From Candidatus Krumholzibacteriia bacterium (GTDB lineage Bacteria; Krumholzibacteriota; Krumholzibacteriia; Krumholzibacteriales; Krumholzibacteriaceae): a stretch of 64,000 nt of DNA. Where the stretch lies: NCBI GenBank assembly GCA_963836185.1, contig CAWIIQ010000002.1:320001-384000 (forward strand). The letters are read 5' to 3'. This document shows positions 44,028 through 55,103 of the stretch, one piece after another. The notes beneath the pieces are model-generated. The model searched no databases and had not been told where the DNA came from. It worked only from the letters and a program-made list of their open reading frames with translations. Positions within the stretch are counted from its first letter, which is position 1, and the number at the start of each line of letters is the position of its first letter. A program made the translations under genes and the position numbers.

Positions 44028-44063
44028 CGGTGCGGGGAGCGGCCGTTCCGTTTCCCCGCACCG
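44028..44063 (+). other. strong intergenic stem-loop without U-tract
   Basis: CGGTGCGGGGA (44028-44038) / TCCCCGCACCG (44053-44063). Confidence 0.75.
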
Positions 44064-44072
44064 GTGATCTTC

Positions 44073-44914
44073 ATGGAGAAAAGATTGAAAAGACTGAAGT
44101 CAATGATCAGCAGCAGGGCAGGGGCCGCAACGGCGGCCCTCGCCCTCTGTCTGCTCTTTCCGGCACCTGCCGCGGCGCAGACCATTTCCGTATGGGTCGA
44201 ACCGGCGGAGACGAGGGTCGCACCGGGCGAATTCTGTACGCTGTATGTCCATGTCGACGATCAGGTCGATTCGCTGAGTTGCGCGGAATGCTGTCTCGGA
44301 TTCGATTCGACGGTCGTATCCTTTGTTTCCGCCCGCCAGGGGCAGCTCTACGACGAGGCGCCTTTCCCGAAGTTCTTCGACCTCGACGAGCCGTCGGCGG
44401 ATTCGGTCCTGGCCACCGTCTGCGTACTGGGATACCGCTCTTATATCATCGCTCCGGGGAGTATCTTCGAGGTAAGGTTCGAGGCGCTCTCTCCCGGGGT
44501 GACCGATGTGGAGATCGGGCGCATCTCGGTGCTCGACATCGACAGGGTCCCGCTCAGACGAGGAAGTCGGGCAGGCTGGAAGGATAATCGTCACGACACA
44601 GACTGGCGGCACGGTCCCGCCGGCGGAGGAGGGAAGGCTGTCCAACTTTCCCAACCCGTTCAATCCGGTCACGACGATAGTACTCGAGCTTCCAGGCGGA
44701 AGCGGGGATCGACTCTCTACGGATATCAGGATATACGACGCGTCAGGCAGGACCGGTGCGCAGCCTTTTCAGCGGCGCGGCTCCCGCCGGGCGCAGCGAA
44801 TTTCAATGGGACGGTATGAGCGACTCCGGCTCGGCCGTAAGTTCCGGTCTGTACATGGCGGTCTCGAGGACCGGGACGCTGAGGCTGGAGAGAAAACTGG
44901 TACTTATACGTTAG
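44073..44914 (+). CDS. secreted cohesin-like domain plus T9SS/FlgD-Ig C-terminal domain (frameshifted twice)
   Basis: Signal PAAA|Q; LGFDSTVVSFV..QG, PGSIFEVRFEAL..G; next frame NFPNPFNPVTTI..IYDASGR; final frame WDG...SSGLY...RKLVLIR* (TAG 44912-44914). Confidence 0.75.
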
Positions 44915-44929
44915 GATCGGGAGAAGACT

Positions 44930-45475
44930 ATGACACTTATGAGATACAACGTCCTTCTGGCAGCCGTGGCGCTGCTCGCGATGGCTTCAAGCCCCGCCAT
45001 GGCCGATGAACTGTATTTCTCGCCGGCAGACACGATGATCTGGGACTACGCTCCCTTTCCCGTTCATGTCATGATCGATGACGTAGACAGTCTCATGGGC
45101 TGGGATATATCGGTATCGTTGACCGGGAATCCCTGCGTGAAGATACTGGGTGTCATCGAAGGCTCCCTTCCAGGCAGTAACGGCGACGAGACATTCTTCT
45201 ACTGGCTCGATCAGTTGAACCCCGGCTCCATCCATGTGAACGGATCTGTCCTCGGTACAGTCGTCGACGGCCCCGGAATCCTCTTTACGATATACTTTCA
45301 GGCTCTTCTGCCGGGTGTAGCATGGCTCGACTTCACAGACTCCGAGCTGCGCAACGGCGTCAACAGCAGCCTGGCACATGTCAGCGACAAGCGGGCGCGC
45401 ATCGAGGTCCTCGAAGCGATAGCCACGGAGGAAACGACCTGGGGAGCGATAAAGTCGGTCTGCCGCGATCGATGA
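44930..45475 (+). CDS. secreted cohesin-like domain protein with C-terminal TEETTWGAIK tail
   Basis: Signal PAMA|D; VHVMIDDVDSL.G.DI, EGSL, GPGILFTIYFQAL.PG; ends ATEETTWGAIKSVCRDR. Confidence 0.8.
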   Translation: MTLMRYNVLLAAVALLAMASSPAMADELYFSPADTMIWDYAPFPVHVMIDDVDSLMGWDISVSLTGNPCVKILGVIEGSLPGSNGDETFFYWLDQLNPGSIHVNGSVLGTVVDGPGILFTIYFQALLPGVAWLDFTDSELRNGVNSSLAHVSDKRARIEVLEAIATEETTWGAIKSVCRDR

Positions 45476-45523
45476 CAGCGCCGGGGAACCGATTTATCCG
45501 GCATTTCCGGCGCCCCTTCCATG

Positions 45524-45552
45524 TTGACCTGCCACGGGTCATTTGCTAACTT
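45524..45552 (+). promoter_or_regulatory. putative sigma70 promoter for the TPR-uvrA-gcv-opp run
   Basis: TTGACC-17 nt-TAACTT with TGn extension. Confidence 0.5.
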
Positions 45553-45620
45553 CCTAATGCTGTTTTTTTTAAAAAAGTTTTTTAAGCTGCGCCTTCCTAT
45601 ATATACCGGGAGGAATTTCT

Positions 45621-48600
45621 TTGAATATCCATTCCAGGACACGCAGGGGTGTCTCTATCGCGGCCCTGGCCGCGTTCGCTGCCGTTCTCGCCGCCGGAAT
45701 CTCCATGGCGGGGGAGAACGAGGATCTCCGTTTCGCGAAAAGGCTGCAGGGTGACAGGATGTTCGTCGCCGCGGCGGAGGAGTTTCTACGGTTCTCCGAG
45801 AAATACCCGGCCAGCACACTTCGAGCCTCGGCCCTCTTCTCGGCCGGCGAATGCTGGATGCAGGCAGGGAGGGCGAACGACGCCCTGGCATCATTCGAAA
45901 GACTTCTGTCCGATTACCCCGATGACGTGAACGCCTGCAAGGCGAGGTACTATCGCGGCACCATACTCAAGGCCCTGAAGAAGTTCAGGGAGGCTGCCGA
46001 TGAGCTGATGATGATACCGGAAGCTTCGGGAGGTTGTCCCCTCGAGGGGAAAGCCCTTCTCGAGGCGGGGGAATGTCTTGTCGCAGCCGGCGATCCGCGC
46101 GAAGCGGTGACTGTCCTGAGACGTGTCTCCGACCCGGCGAGGTATCCCGACCAGGCATCGAGAGCGGGGTACAGCCTCGCGGTCGCGCTCGAGAGATCGG
46201 GCAGGGATCTCGAAGCGGAGAAGATACTGAAGGAAACGGTCGACAAGTATCCGAAGTCGCCGGTGGCCGCCCTTTCGATGATGAAGCTCGGCGACAGGTC
46301 CCTGGCCAGGGGTGAATATGACGAGGCCGCCCGGTATTTCAGGCAGGCGGCGGAAGACTACGAGGAGGATTCCCTCCGCGAAAAGGCGATGTCGAAGCTG
46401 CTCGAAGCGGCTGAAGGGGCGGGGGATAAGGAAACGGTCCTGAAGACATCCGAAGAATACCTCAAACTCTTCCCCGACGGCGCGGGCAGGCCCCGGGCCT
46501 ATGAGCTCGGGATATTAGCCGCCAGGGAGACCGGAGACCGTGACAGGGCGATATCGATGATCGATTCGTGGCGGTCCGAAGAGGGGTACTCCGACCCGGA
46601 GGGAGAGTTCAGCCTGGTGAGGGCATCTCTCCTCGAGGAAAAAGGAAAGACTGAAGATGCCCTTGCAGAGCTTGCATGGTTCAGGCGCTCATATCCAGCC
46701 TCAGGATTTCTCGTCGACGCTCTCCTTCTTGAAGGGCGCCTCCTTGAAAAATCTAAAAAATATGAAGATGCCCTGCACCGCTATAATGTCGCGCTGGCTG
46801 AGGGAGCCTCCGGCGAAGAGAAGCTCGAGACCCTCGATCGCCTGGCGGAGATATCGGTCGTCCAGGAAGCCGATACCCTTTCCGCATTGAGATACTGGTC
46901 GATGATCGCCTCGGCTGACCGGGGCGGAGAAAAGGGTGAGGAGGCGCTCTGGCGCTCGGCAGGGGTAAGGGAGGCGGCGGGCGATATGCGTGGCGCGGCT
47001 GCCGATCTTCGCAGGATAGAGAAGGAATATACAGGCGGCAGATATGCCGTCGAGGCCGCTGAGAAAGCGGGCAGGATCGAGCTGCTTGCCGGCCCGGGTG
47101 GAGACGCTGAAGGAGCGCTCGCCCGTCTCGCTGTCGATGCCTCCATCACCGGCGGGGCGCGATATCTCGAGGCTGGAAGGATCCTCCTCGAGGAGGCGGG
47201 AAGGTTCAGGGAGGCTGCCGTATATCTCGAGAGGGCGATCGGGTCCGATCTGCCTGACGCCGAAAAGGCGAGGGCAAGGTACTATCTCGGCAATGCCCGG
47301 GCCCTCGGGTACGAGATATCTGGCGCGACAGGCAGCCCGGACGACGGCTTGAAGAAGAGCGCGATCGATGAGTGGTGGAAGGTAGCGCGAGAGGCCCCCG
47401 GCACTGAATGGGGAGGAAAATCGCACCGCGCGTGGCTCGGATACAGGCTCGATGAATGGGACATCAACGGGAAACTGAAGAGGCTCAACGAGTTTCTCGG
47501 CTATTACGGTTCGGACGGCGGGCACTACTGGTGGGCGCAGGAGAAGAAGCTCGAGAGTCTTTACGACGCCGCTCCAGGAAGGGACAACTGGGCGGCAGAC
47601 AGCGCGCTGACGATCGCGGGGCTGTTCCTTGACAATACCTCGCCGAAGGATGGAAAGAAGGAGGCTCTTCTCAGGTCGGGTTACCTCTACCGGATGACCG
47701 GTGATACGGAAAGAGCCGAATCGGCGCTCGCTTCGTTCGCGCGGACTTATCCTGACGATTACAGGACCGCGTCGGTCTATTACGATCTCGGCGAGACAAG
47801 GCTCAAGAGAAAAGATTACGCGAAGGCGCTCGAGGCCTACCAGTCATGCCTGACGAGGGATCCCCCGAGGAATCTCGCGGGCAGGTGCCTGCTCCGCTCG
47901 GGAGACTGCCTCTACTATACGCACGAATATGCTGGGGCTGCGGGGAAATACGCCGCCCTCGCGAGCCACGATCCTCCGACCGGGCTCGAAGACGAGGCGT
48001 CTTACAGGCAGGCCCTCGCCCTGAGGCAGGCCGGGAGGGGGGACGAGGCCGATGCTATACTCGGTTCCCTTTTCAAACGCGAAGATCTGCCCGCCGGGTT
48101 GCGGGCGCGGGTCCTCGAACTCACCGGCCGCCGGATGATCGATACGGGAGACTACGCATCGGCACGCGGAGTCTTCGAGGAACTCTGCAGCGCCCGCAAG
48201 AGTCCGGGTCCGCTGACGCTGCTCGGTGAGACGCTTCTCGAACTCGATCAGACGAAAGAGGCGGCCAGGCGTTTCGATGAGGCGATCAAGCTCGAGGGTG
48301 CCGACACCTGCCGTATACTCTCCGGGAGGTCGAGGTCGTACTTCGCCGCCGGTGACGACGAAGAAGGGAAACCGCGATCTCGACGAGATGACAAGGCTCT
48401 GCCCCGGCTATCCCGGGACCGCGCTCGCCCTTCTGGCGCGCGGCGAATCGGCTGTCGAGGCGGGAGACTGCGAGGGTGCTGTCGCGACCCTCGAATACCT
48501 TCGTGAGCACTATGCCGGGACCGATGCGGCGGCGGGCGCCCTCTACCAGCTCGCTCTCTGCGATGTGCGCAGGGGAGGGTATGCCGAGGCGATAGAGAAG

Positions 48601-49269
48601 CTCGGGTTATTCCTGCGGGAGTCACCCGAATCTCCCCTGACCGGCCAGGTCTATTTCAAACTGGCCACGGCACACTACGCCTCGGGGAGCAGGAATCTCG
48701 CCGCGGTGAATTATGCGCTTGCCGCTGAATCGACGGCCGACCGCGACACGAAATTCACAGCGTTGTCGAACCAGGCCCGTGTCTACCAGGAACTCGAGGA
48801 ATGGGGGAAAGCGGGCGATGTCTGGAAAGATGTGACCGGGCAGTTCCCCGAGAGGGATGACATCGTGGAGATATTCTTCAACCTCGGATTCTGCTACAGC
48901 CAGTCGGGTGACTTCGAGCTGGCCTGGGAGGTGTACCGCAGGATACCGGCTGTCGCGCTGAACGAGGAACAGCAGGGAAGGGCCCATTACTGGGCCGGAA
49001 TATCACTAAAATATCTCAACCGCTGCGAAGAAGCGATCCGAGAGTTTCTCCGTGTCCCCTACCTGAGGACGGGAGGGATGTGGGGGGTCACCTCCAAGCT
49101 CGAGGCGGCGGTCTGCTACGAGAAACTTGGACGCGTCGATGAGGCGAAAAGCATATACGCGCAGGTAGTCTCGGCCCACGGCGAGAAATCCGACTGGGGC
49201 TCGATGGCGAAGAAGTCCCTCGACAGGCTGGAGGCGGGAGAGCAGCAGCCGGAAAACAACGAAGAGTGA
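45621..49269 (+). CDS. large exported TPR-repeat protein (~1,200 aa; indel near 48370)
   Basis: Signal peptide; repeated A..F..LL..YP..A.Y..G TPR units; ORFs 45621..48506 and 48226..49269 are colinear. Confidence 0.8.
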
Positions 49270-49300
49270 TCAGCAGGTGACGTGCAGGAAGGGCAGCCGA

Positions 49301-52145
49301 ATGGCTCGTGAAGACCTCGTCGTCAGAGGCGCCAGGGAACACAATCTCAAGAATATCACAGTGACCGTGCCGCGCGGGAAGCTCGTCGTGATAACGGGGC
49401 TGAGCGGTTCGGGCAAGTCGTCTCTCGCCTTCGATACGATCTATGCCGAAGGGCAGAGACGTTATGTCGAGTCGCTGTCGAGCTACGCGAGGCAGTTCCT
49501 CGAGCAGATGGAGAAACCGGACGTCGACTCGATCGAGGGACTCTCGCCGGCGATCTCGATCGACCAGAAGACCACCTCGAGGAATCCCCGTTCTACGGTC
49601 GGGACGATCACCGAGATCCATGACTACCTCAGGGTCCTCTTCGCCCGCGCCGGCGAGCCTCACTGTCCCGGGTGCGGGCGCCCGATCAGCCGCCAGACCG
49701 TCGCGCAGATCGTCGACAGGCTGACCGCCGCCGGAGAGGGAAAGAAGCTCGTCATCATGGCCCCCGTAGTGAGGGGGCGCAAGGGTGAGCACAAGGCCCT
49801 GCTGGCGAAGCTGGCGAAGGAGGGCTTCGCGCGGGTGAGGGTCGACGGTGAGATGCACGACCTGGGCGACGAGATCGCCATCGACAAGAAACGCAAGCAC
49901 GATATAGAAGTGATAGTCGACCGCGTCATAATCAAGGATGGCGTCGAGAGGCGGCTGGCCGACTCGGTCGAGACAGCGGCGAAGGCGGGAGAAGGGATAA
50001 TCCTTGTCCAGCAGGGAGGAGAGGAGACCCTGTACAGTCTCGAGTACGCCTGCCCGTGGTGCGGCGGCGGACTCGGCGAGATATCACCGAGGATGTTCTC
50101 GTTCAACTCCCCGTACGGGGCCTGCCCGACATGCCACGGCCTCGGCACTACGAACGATTTCGCCGAGGAGCTTCTCGTGCCCGATCCGACCCTCAGTGTT
50201 GCCGAGGGAGCTCTCGCATCGATAGGATCGCCGAAGGCGAACTGGTACAGGCTGCGGCTCGAGGCACTCGCCGAGCTGCATGGTTTCTCGCTGACAAGAC
50301 CTTTCGGCAAGCTCTCGAAGAATGCCCGCCGGATGATACTCGAGGGGACCGACGACGAGATAGTCGTCCAGTACGATTTTGAACGGGGCAAGGGGGAGTA
50401 CTACACAAATTGGGAGGGTGTCGTCCCGAACCTCCGCCGCCGGTATCACCAGACCCGCTCCGATGCGATAAGGCGCTGGATCGAGACGTTCATGACTTCG
50501 AGTCCATGCTCTGACTGCCATGGAACACGGCTGAAGCCCGATAGCCTCTCCGTTACCCTCGCCGGCAGGAATATCGCCGAGATATCGTCTCTGACTATCG
50601 AGAGGGCGTCGGAGTTCTTCGGATCGCTCGGCCTCGAGGGGAACAGGGCGATCATCGGCGGCCCGCTCCTTCGTGAGATCACTTCGAGGCTGCAGTTCCT
50701 CCGCAACGTCGGCCTCGACTACCTCTCGCTCGATCGTTCCGCCGGAACGCTTGCCGGCGGCGAGGCGCAGAGGATCAGGCTCGCCACGCAGATAGGCTCG
50801 AAGCTCGTCGGTGTCCTCTACATACTCGACGAACCGTCGATCGGCCTTCATCAGCGCGACAACGCGAGGCTGATCGCTACGCTCAAGGAACTGCGGGACG
50901 CGGGCAATACAGTTATCGTCATCGAGCACGACAGGGACACGATCCTCGCGGCCGACTACGTCATCGATCTCGGGCCCGGCGCGGGAGAGCACGGTGGCGA
51001 AGTGGTCGCCGAAGGGACTCCGGCAGGAATATCCACCGTCAAGGAAAGCCTCACCGGGAAGTACCTCTGCCAGCGAGAGATACTTCGAGCTGAAGAGCGG
51101 CGAAGGGAGGGGCACGGGCGAGTCGCTCATCCTCAGGGGCGCGAGCGAGCACAACCTCAAGGAAATAGACGTCGAGTTCCCTCTCGGCAGGCTGATATGC
51201 GTCACCGGCGTCTCCGGCTCGGGCAAGAGCACACTCGTCGGGGATATCCTCTACAGGGCCCTTCACAGGATATTCCATCGAAGCACGAGGCTCGCGGGGA
51301 GGCACGACAGGATCGACGGCGTCGAACATATCGACAAGGTGATCAACATAGACCAGTCTCCGATCGGGCGGACGCCGAGGTCGAATCCCGCTACATACAC
51401 GGGGCTGTTCGGCCCGATCAGGGATCTTTTCTCCAGGCTCCCCGAGTCGCAGGTCCGCGGCTACAAGCCGGGGAGATTCAGCTTCAACGTCAAGGGCGGA
51501 AGGTGCGAGACGTGCAGGGGAGAGGGGATGATCAAGGTAGAGATGCATTTTCTCCCCGACGTCTATGTCCACTGCCAGCAGTGCAAGGGCAGGCGCTACA
51601 ACAGGGAGACCCTCGAGGTCACATTCAAGAACATCAATATCGCCGAGGTACTCGAAATGACCGTTGACGAAGCGTTCGATTTCTTTAAGAATATCCCCTC
51701 CGTCAGGAGAAAGCTGAAGGTGCTCAGGGAGGTCGGGCTCGGGTACATCCGGCTGGGGCAGCCGGCGACGACGCTGTCCGGGGGCGAGGCGCAGAGGGTC
51801 AAGCTCTCGTCCGAGCTTTCCAAGGTGAGCACCGGAAGGACGCTGTATATACTGGACGAGCCGAGCACAGGCCTTCACTTCGAGGACGTCAAGATGCTGA
51901 TGAGTGTTCTCGACAGGCTCGTCGAGAGGGGAAACACGGTGCTCGTCATAGAGCACAATCCGGATATCATCAGGCTCGCCGATCATATCATCGACCTCGG
52001 CCCCGAGGGCGGGGAACGTGGCGGCGAGGTAGTATACACCGGTTCACCGGCCGGCATCACTGGCTGCCGGGATTCGCACACAGGCGAGATGCTCAAGCAG
52101 TATGTGCGGGCCGGGAAAAAGAAAAGTAAAAAGAACAAGTCCTGA
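49301..52145 (+). CDS. uvrA: excinuclease ABC subunit A (indel near 51070)
   Basis: [67 protein letters not shown]. Confidence 0.97.
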
Positions 52146-52169
52146 CCAGCAGCGGAAAGAGAGGATCAG

Positions 52170-53272
52170 ATGGCCCTTAAGACACCCCTTTACGATTCGC
52201 ATGTAGAAAGAGGCGGAAGGATAGTCGAGTTCGCCGGGTTTCTCATGCCGGTCACATTCGAAGGGATCGTCGCCGAGCACGAGACAGTGCGGACGGGGAC
52301 CGGCCTCTTCGATGTGAGCCACATGGGAGAGATCTTTATCACGGGGCCGGGAGCCGTCGAGTTCGCCGACTACGCGGTGACGAACTCAGTCGCTAAACTC
52401 GATGAGGGGCAGATCTGCTACACGGTCTGCTGCAACGAAGAGGGACACGTGCTCGACGATCTGCTCGTATACAGATTTTCCGATGAACGGGTGCTGTTCG
52501 TCGTCAATGCCGTCAACGTCGACAAGATATTCGATCACCTCCAGGCGATAGTGCCTGAGGGCCTGAAGGTAAGGAACCTCACATCCGGTATCGGGCAGAT
52601 CGCCGTTCAGGGGCCGGCTGCGAGGGATCTTCTCGCCTCGGACTCCTTCTTCTCGCGGGTGGCGGCAGGGATCAGGGAACTGGGGTACTACCGGTTCTTC
52701 ACCTTCGAGCACGAAGGCTCAGAGATCCTGCTGTCGAGGACAGGTTACACCGGCGAGCTCGGTTACGAGATATATCTTCCCTCGAAGATGGCCGCGGAAG
52801 TCTGGAACGGGCTTCTCGATGGGGGCGAGGGCCCCTCCGATAGGCCTCGGGGCGAGGGATACGCTGAGGTTCGAACCGGGGTACTGCCTCTACGGCCACG
52901 AACTCGATGAGGACACCTCGCCGCTCGAAGCCGGCCTCTCCTGGGTAGTGAAGCTCAAAAAAGGCGATTTCGTCGGGCGGGAAGCGCTCACCGCGGAGAA
53001 GGAAAAGAAACCCGCCCGCAAGCTGATCGGGCTCGAGATTACGGGCAAGGGGATCCCCCGGCAGGGATTCTCCGTCCATCACAATGGCGAGACGGTGGGA
53101 AAGGTGACCTCCGGGACATTCTCGCCCGACTCTGAAGAAGGCGCTCGCGATAGCGCTTGTTAAAAGGTCTGTACCGAAGGAGGCGGAAGGGATTACAATC
53201 GACATCCGCGGCAGGGCCGCAACCGCCGTGCGGACGCCGCTGCCCTTCTACAAGGGGAGCGTCAACGACTGA
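52170..53272 (+). CDS. gcvT: glycine cleavage system T protein (indels near 52830 and 53130-53170)
   Basis: KTPLY, GLFDVSHMGE, SRTGYTGELGYE, GLGARDTLRFE, VTSGTFSP, PFY. Confidence 0.95.
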
Positions 53273-53341
53273 TCCTGATAGATTGAATAAAACACGGAGT
53301 ATACGAACAGATCAGGACTCTATTGAAAAGGAAGGTGCGCG

Positions 53342-53728
53342 ATGGTTCCTGAAGAATGCACTTACACCAAAGAGCATGAGTGGGTATGCCACGAGGGCGG
53401 CGTTGCCACGATCGGTATCAGCGATTACGCCGCGACCGAACTGGGTGACATCGTCTACATCGAGCTTACCGAGGCAGGATCGAACGTGAAGCAGATGGAT
53501 CCGATCGGAACGATCGAGGCTGTAAAGACCGTGGCCGAGCTCTTCTCGCCGGTCAGTGGTGAGATCGTCGAGGTCAACGAGGCTATCCTCGAGCACCCGG
53601 AGATCATCAATCGCGACCCGTTCGAGGAAGGCTGGTTCGTCAAGATCAGGATCAGCGATCCTGGAGAGCTCGACAACCTGTTTACATTCGAAGAGTACTC
53701 GGAATTCCTCGGCGAGCAGGAGGACTGA
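53342..53728 (+). CDS. gcvH: glycine cleavage system H protein
   Basis: YTKEHEWV, IGISDYA, IEAVKTV (lipoyl-Lys), PVSGEI. Confidence 0.97.
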   Translation: MVPEECTYTKEHEWVCHEGGVATIGISDYAATELGDIVYIELTEAGSNVKQMDPIGTIEAVKTVAELFSPVSGEIVEVNEAILEHPEIINRDPFEEGWFVKIRISDPGELDNLFTFEEYSEFLGEQED

Positions 53729-53750
53729 CAGAAAACAGCAAGGAAGGTCG

Positions 53751-55103
53751 ATGAGCTACGTTCAGAACACCGAAAGTGACAGGCGTGAGATGCTGGAGGC
53801 GACAGGAGTCGCCTCCTTCGAAGAGTTGCTCGAGCCGATCGACGAAAGACTTCGTGTCGATGGAGCCCTCGATATAGGCCCTTCGATGAGCGAGGCTGAG
53901 GTAGCCTCCAGGCTCGGCGCTCTAGCCTCGGCAAACAGCCCGGCCTCTGAGATGGTCAGCTTTCTCGGAGGCGGCATCTACGACAGGTTCATACCCGCCA
54001 CCGTGAGGTACGTCCTCTCGAGAAGCGAGTTTTACACCTCTTACACTCCCTACCAGGCGGAAGTAAGCCAGGGGACACTGCAGGCGATATTCGAGTACCA
54101 GACGATGATCGCCCGGCTCACGGCGATGGATGCCGCGAACGCGTCGATGTACGACGCCTCGACGGCGCTCGCCGAGGCGATGCTGATGGCAAGCGTCATC
54201 AAGCGCACCGGGCGCGTGGTCGTACCTGCATCCCTCTCAAGAAGGGTCCGCGCCGTGCTCGACAGTTACGCGGCGGGCAAGGATGTCGTGATAGACGAAG
54301 TCCCCTTCGGCGACGACGGCACGATCGATACCGGCGCCCTGGCCGGGATGCTTTCTGAAAAGGCCGCCGCCGTCGTTCTCGCCCAGCCTAACTATTTCGG
54401 CCTGATCGAGGACGCGCGGGCAGTCTCCGGTATCGTCCACGAGGCCGGGGCCCTGCTCATAGTCCTGGCCGATCCGGTGTCGCTCGCCCTTATCGAGCCG
54501 CCCGGAGAGTATGACGCCGATATCGTGGTCGGTGAGGGACAGTCGCTCGGTATCGCCCAGAGCTTCGGGGGGCCGCTGCTCGGGTTCCTCGCGGCGAAGA
54601 CTCCTTACCTGAGAAAATGCCCCGGCAGACTGATCAGCGCGACAGTCGACATCGACGGGAAGAGGGGTTACACGATGACCCTCCAGACGCGTGAGCAGCA
54701 TATCAGGAGGGAGAAGGCCACCTCGAACATATGCACGAACGAGGGGCTGGTGGCGCTGGCCGCCTCGGTCTACCTCGCCACGCTCGGCGAGGACGGCTTC
54801 AGGGATGTCGCGCTGCAGAGCGCCTCGAAGGCGAGGACCCTCTACAGGATGCTGAAGGATGCGGGAGTAGGGCTGCCCTTCGGCGAGAACTTCTTCCAGG
54901 AATTCGTGATGACGATACCGGGAGGCGCGGACGCTTTTATCGCCAGGGCGAGAGAGCGCGGCGTTCTCGCCGGTATTCCGCTCGGAAAGGACTTTCCTTC
55001 TCTCGGCGGCGACGCGATCCTCGTGGCCGTCACCGAGAAGCGTACCAGGGAGGACCTTGAGCTGCTCTGTGAGCTGGCGTCGGGGAAGGGGGGTGCGGCA
55101 TGA
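53751..55103 (+). CDS. gcvPA: glycine dehydrogenase subunit 1
   Basis: YTPYQAEVSQGTLQ, NASMYD, TLQTREQHIRREKATSNICTN. Confidence 0.97.
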   Translation: MSYVQNTESDRREMLEATGVASFEELLEPIDERLRVDGALDIGPSMSEAEVASRLGALASANSPASEMVSFLGGGIYDRFIPATVRYVLSRSEFYTSYTPYQAEVSQGTLQAIFEYQTMIARLTAMDAANASMYDASTALAEAMLMASVIKRTGRVVVPASLSRRVRAVLDSYAAGKDVVIDEVPFGDDGTIDTGALAGMLSEKAAAVVLAQPNYFGLIEDARAVSGIVHEAGALLIVLADPVSLALIEPPGEYDADIVVGEGQSLGIAQSFGGPLLGFLAAKTPYLRKCPGRLISATVDIDGKRGYTMTLQTREQHIRREKATSNICTNEGLVALAASVYLATLGEDGFRDVALQSASKARTLYRMLKDAGVGLPFGENFFQEFVMTIPGGADAFIARARERGVLAGIPLGKDFPSLGGDAILVAVTEKRTREDLELLCELASGKGGAA

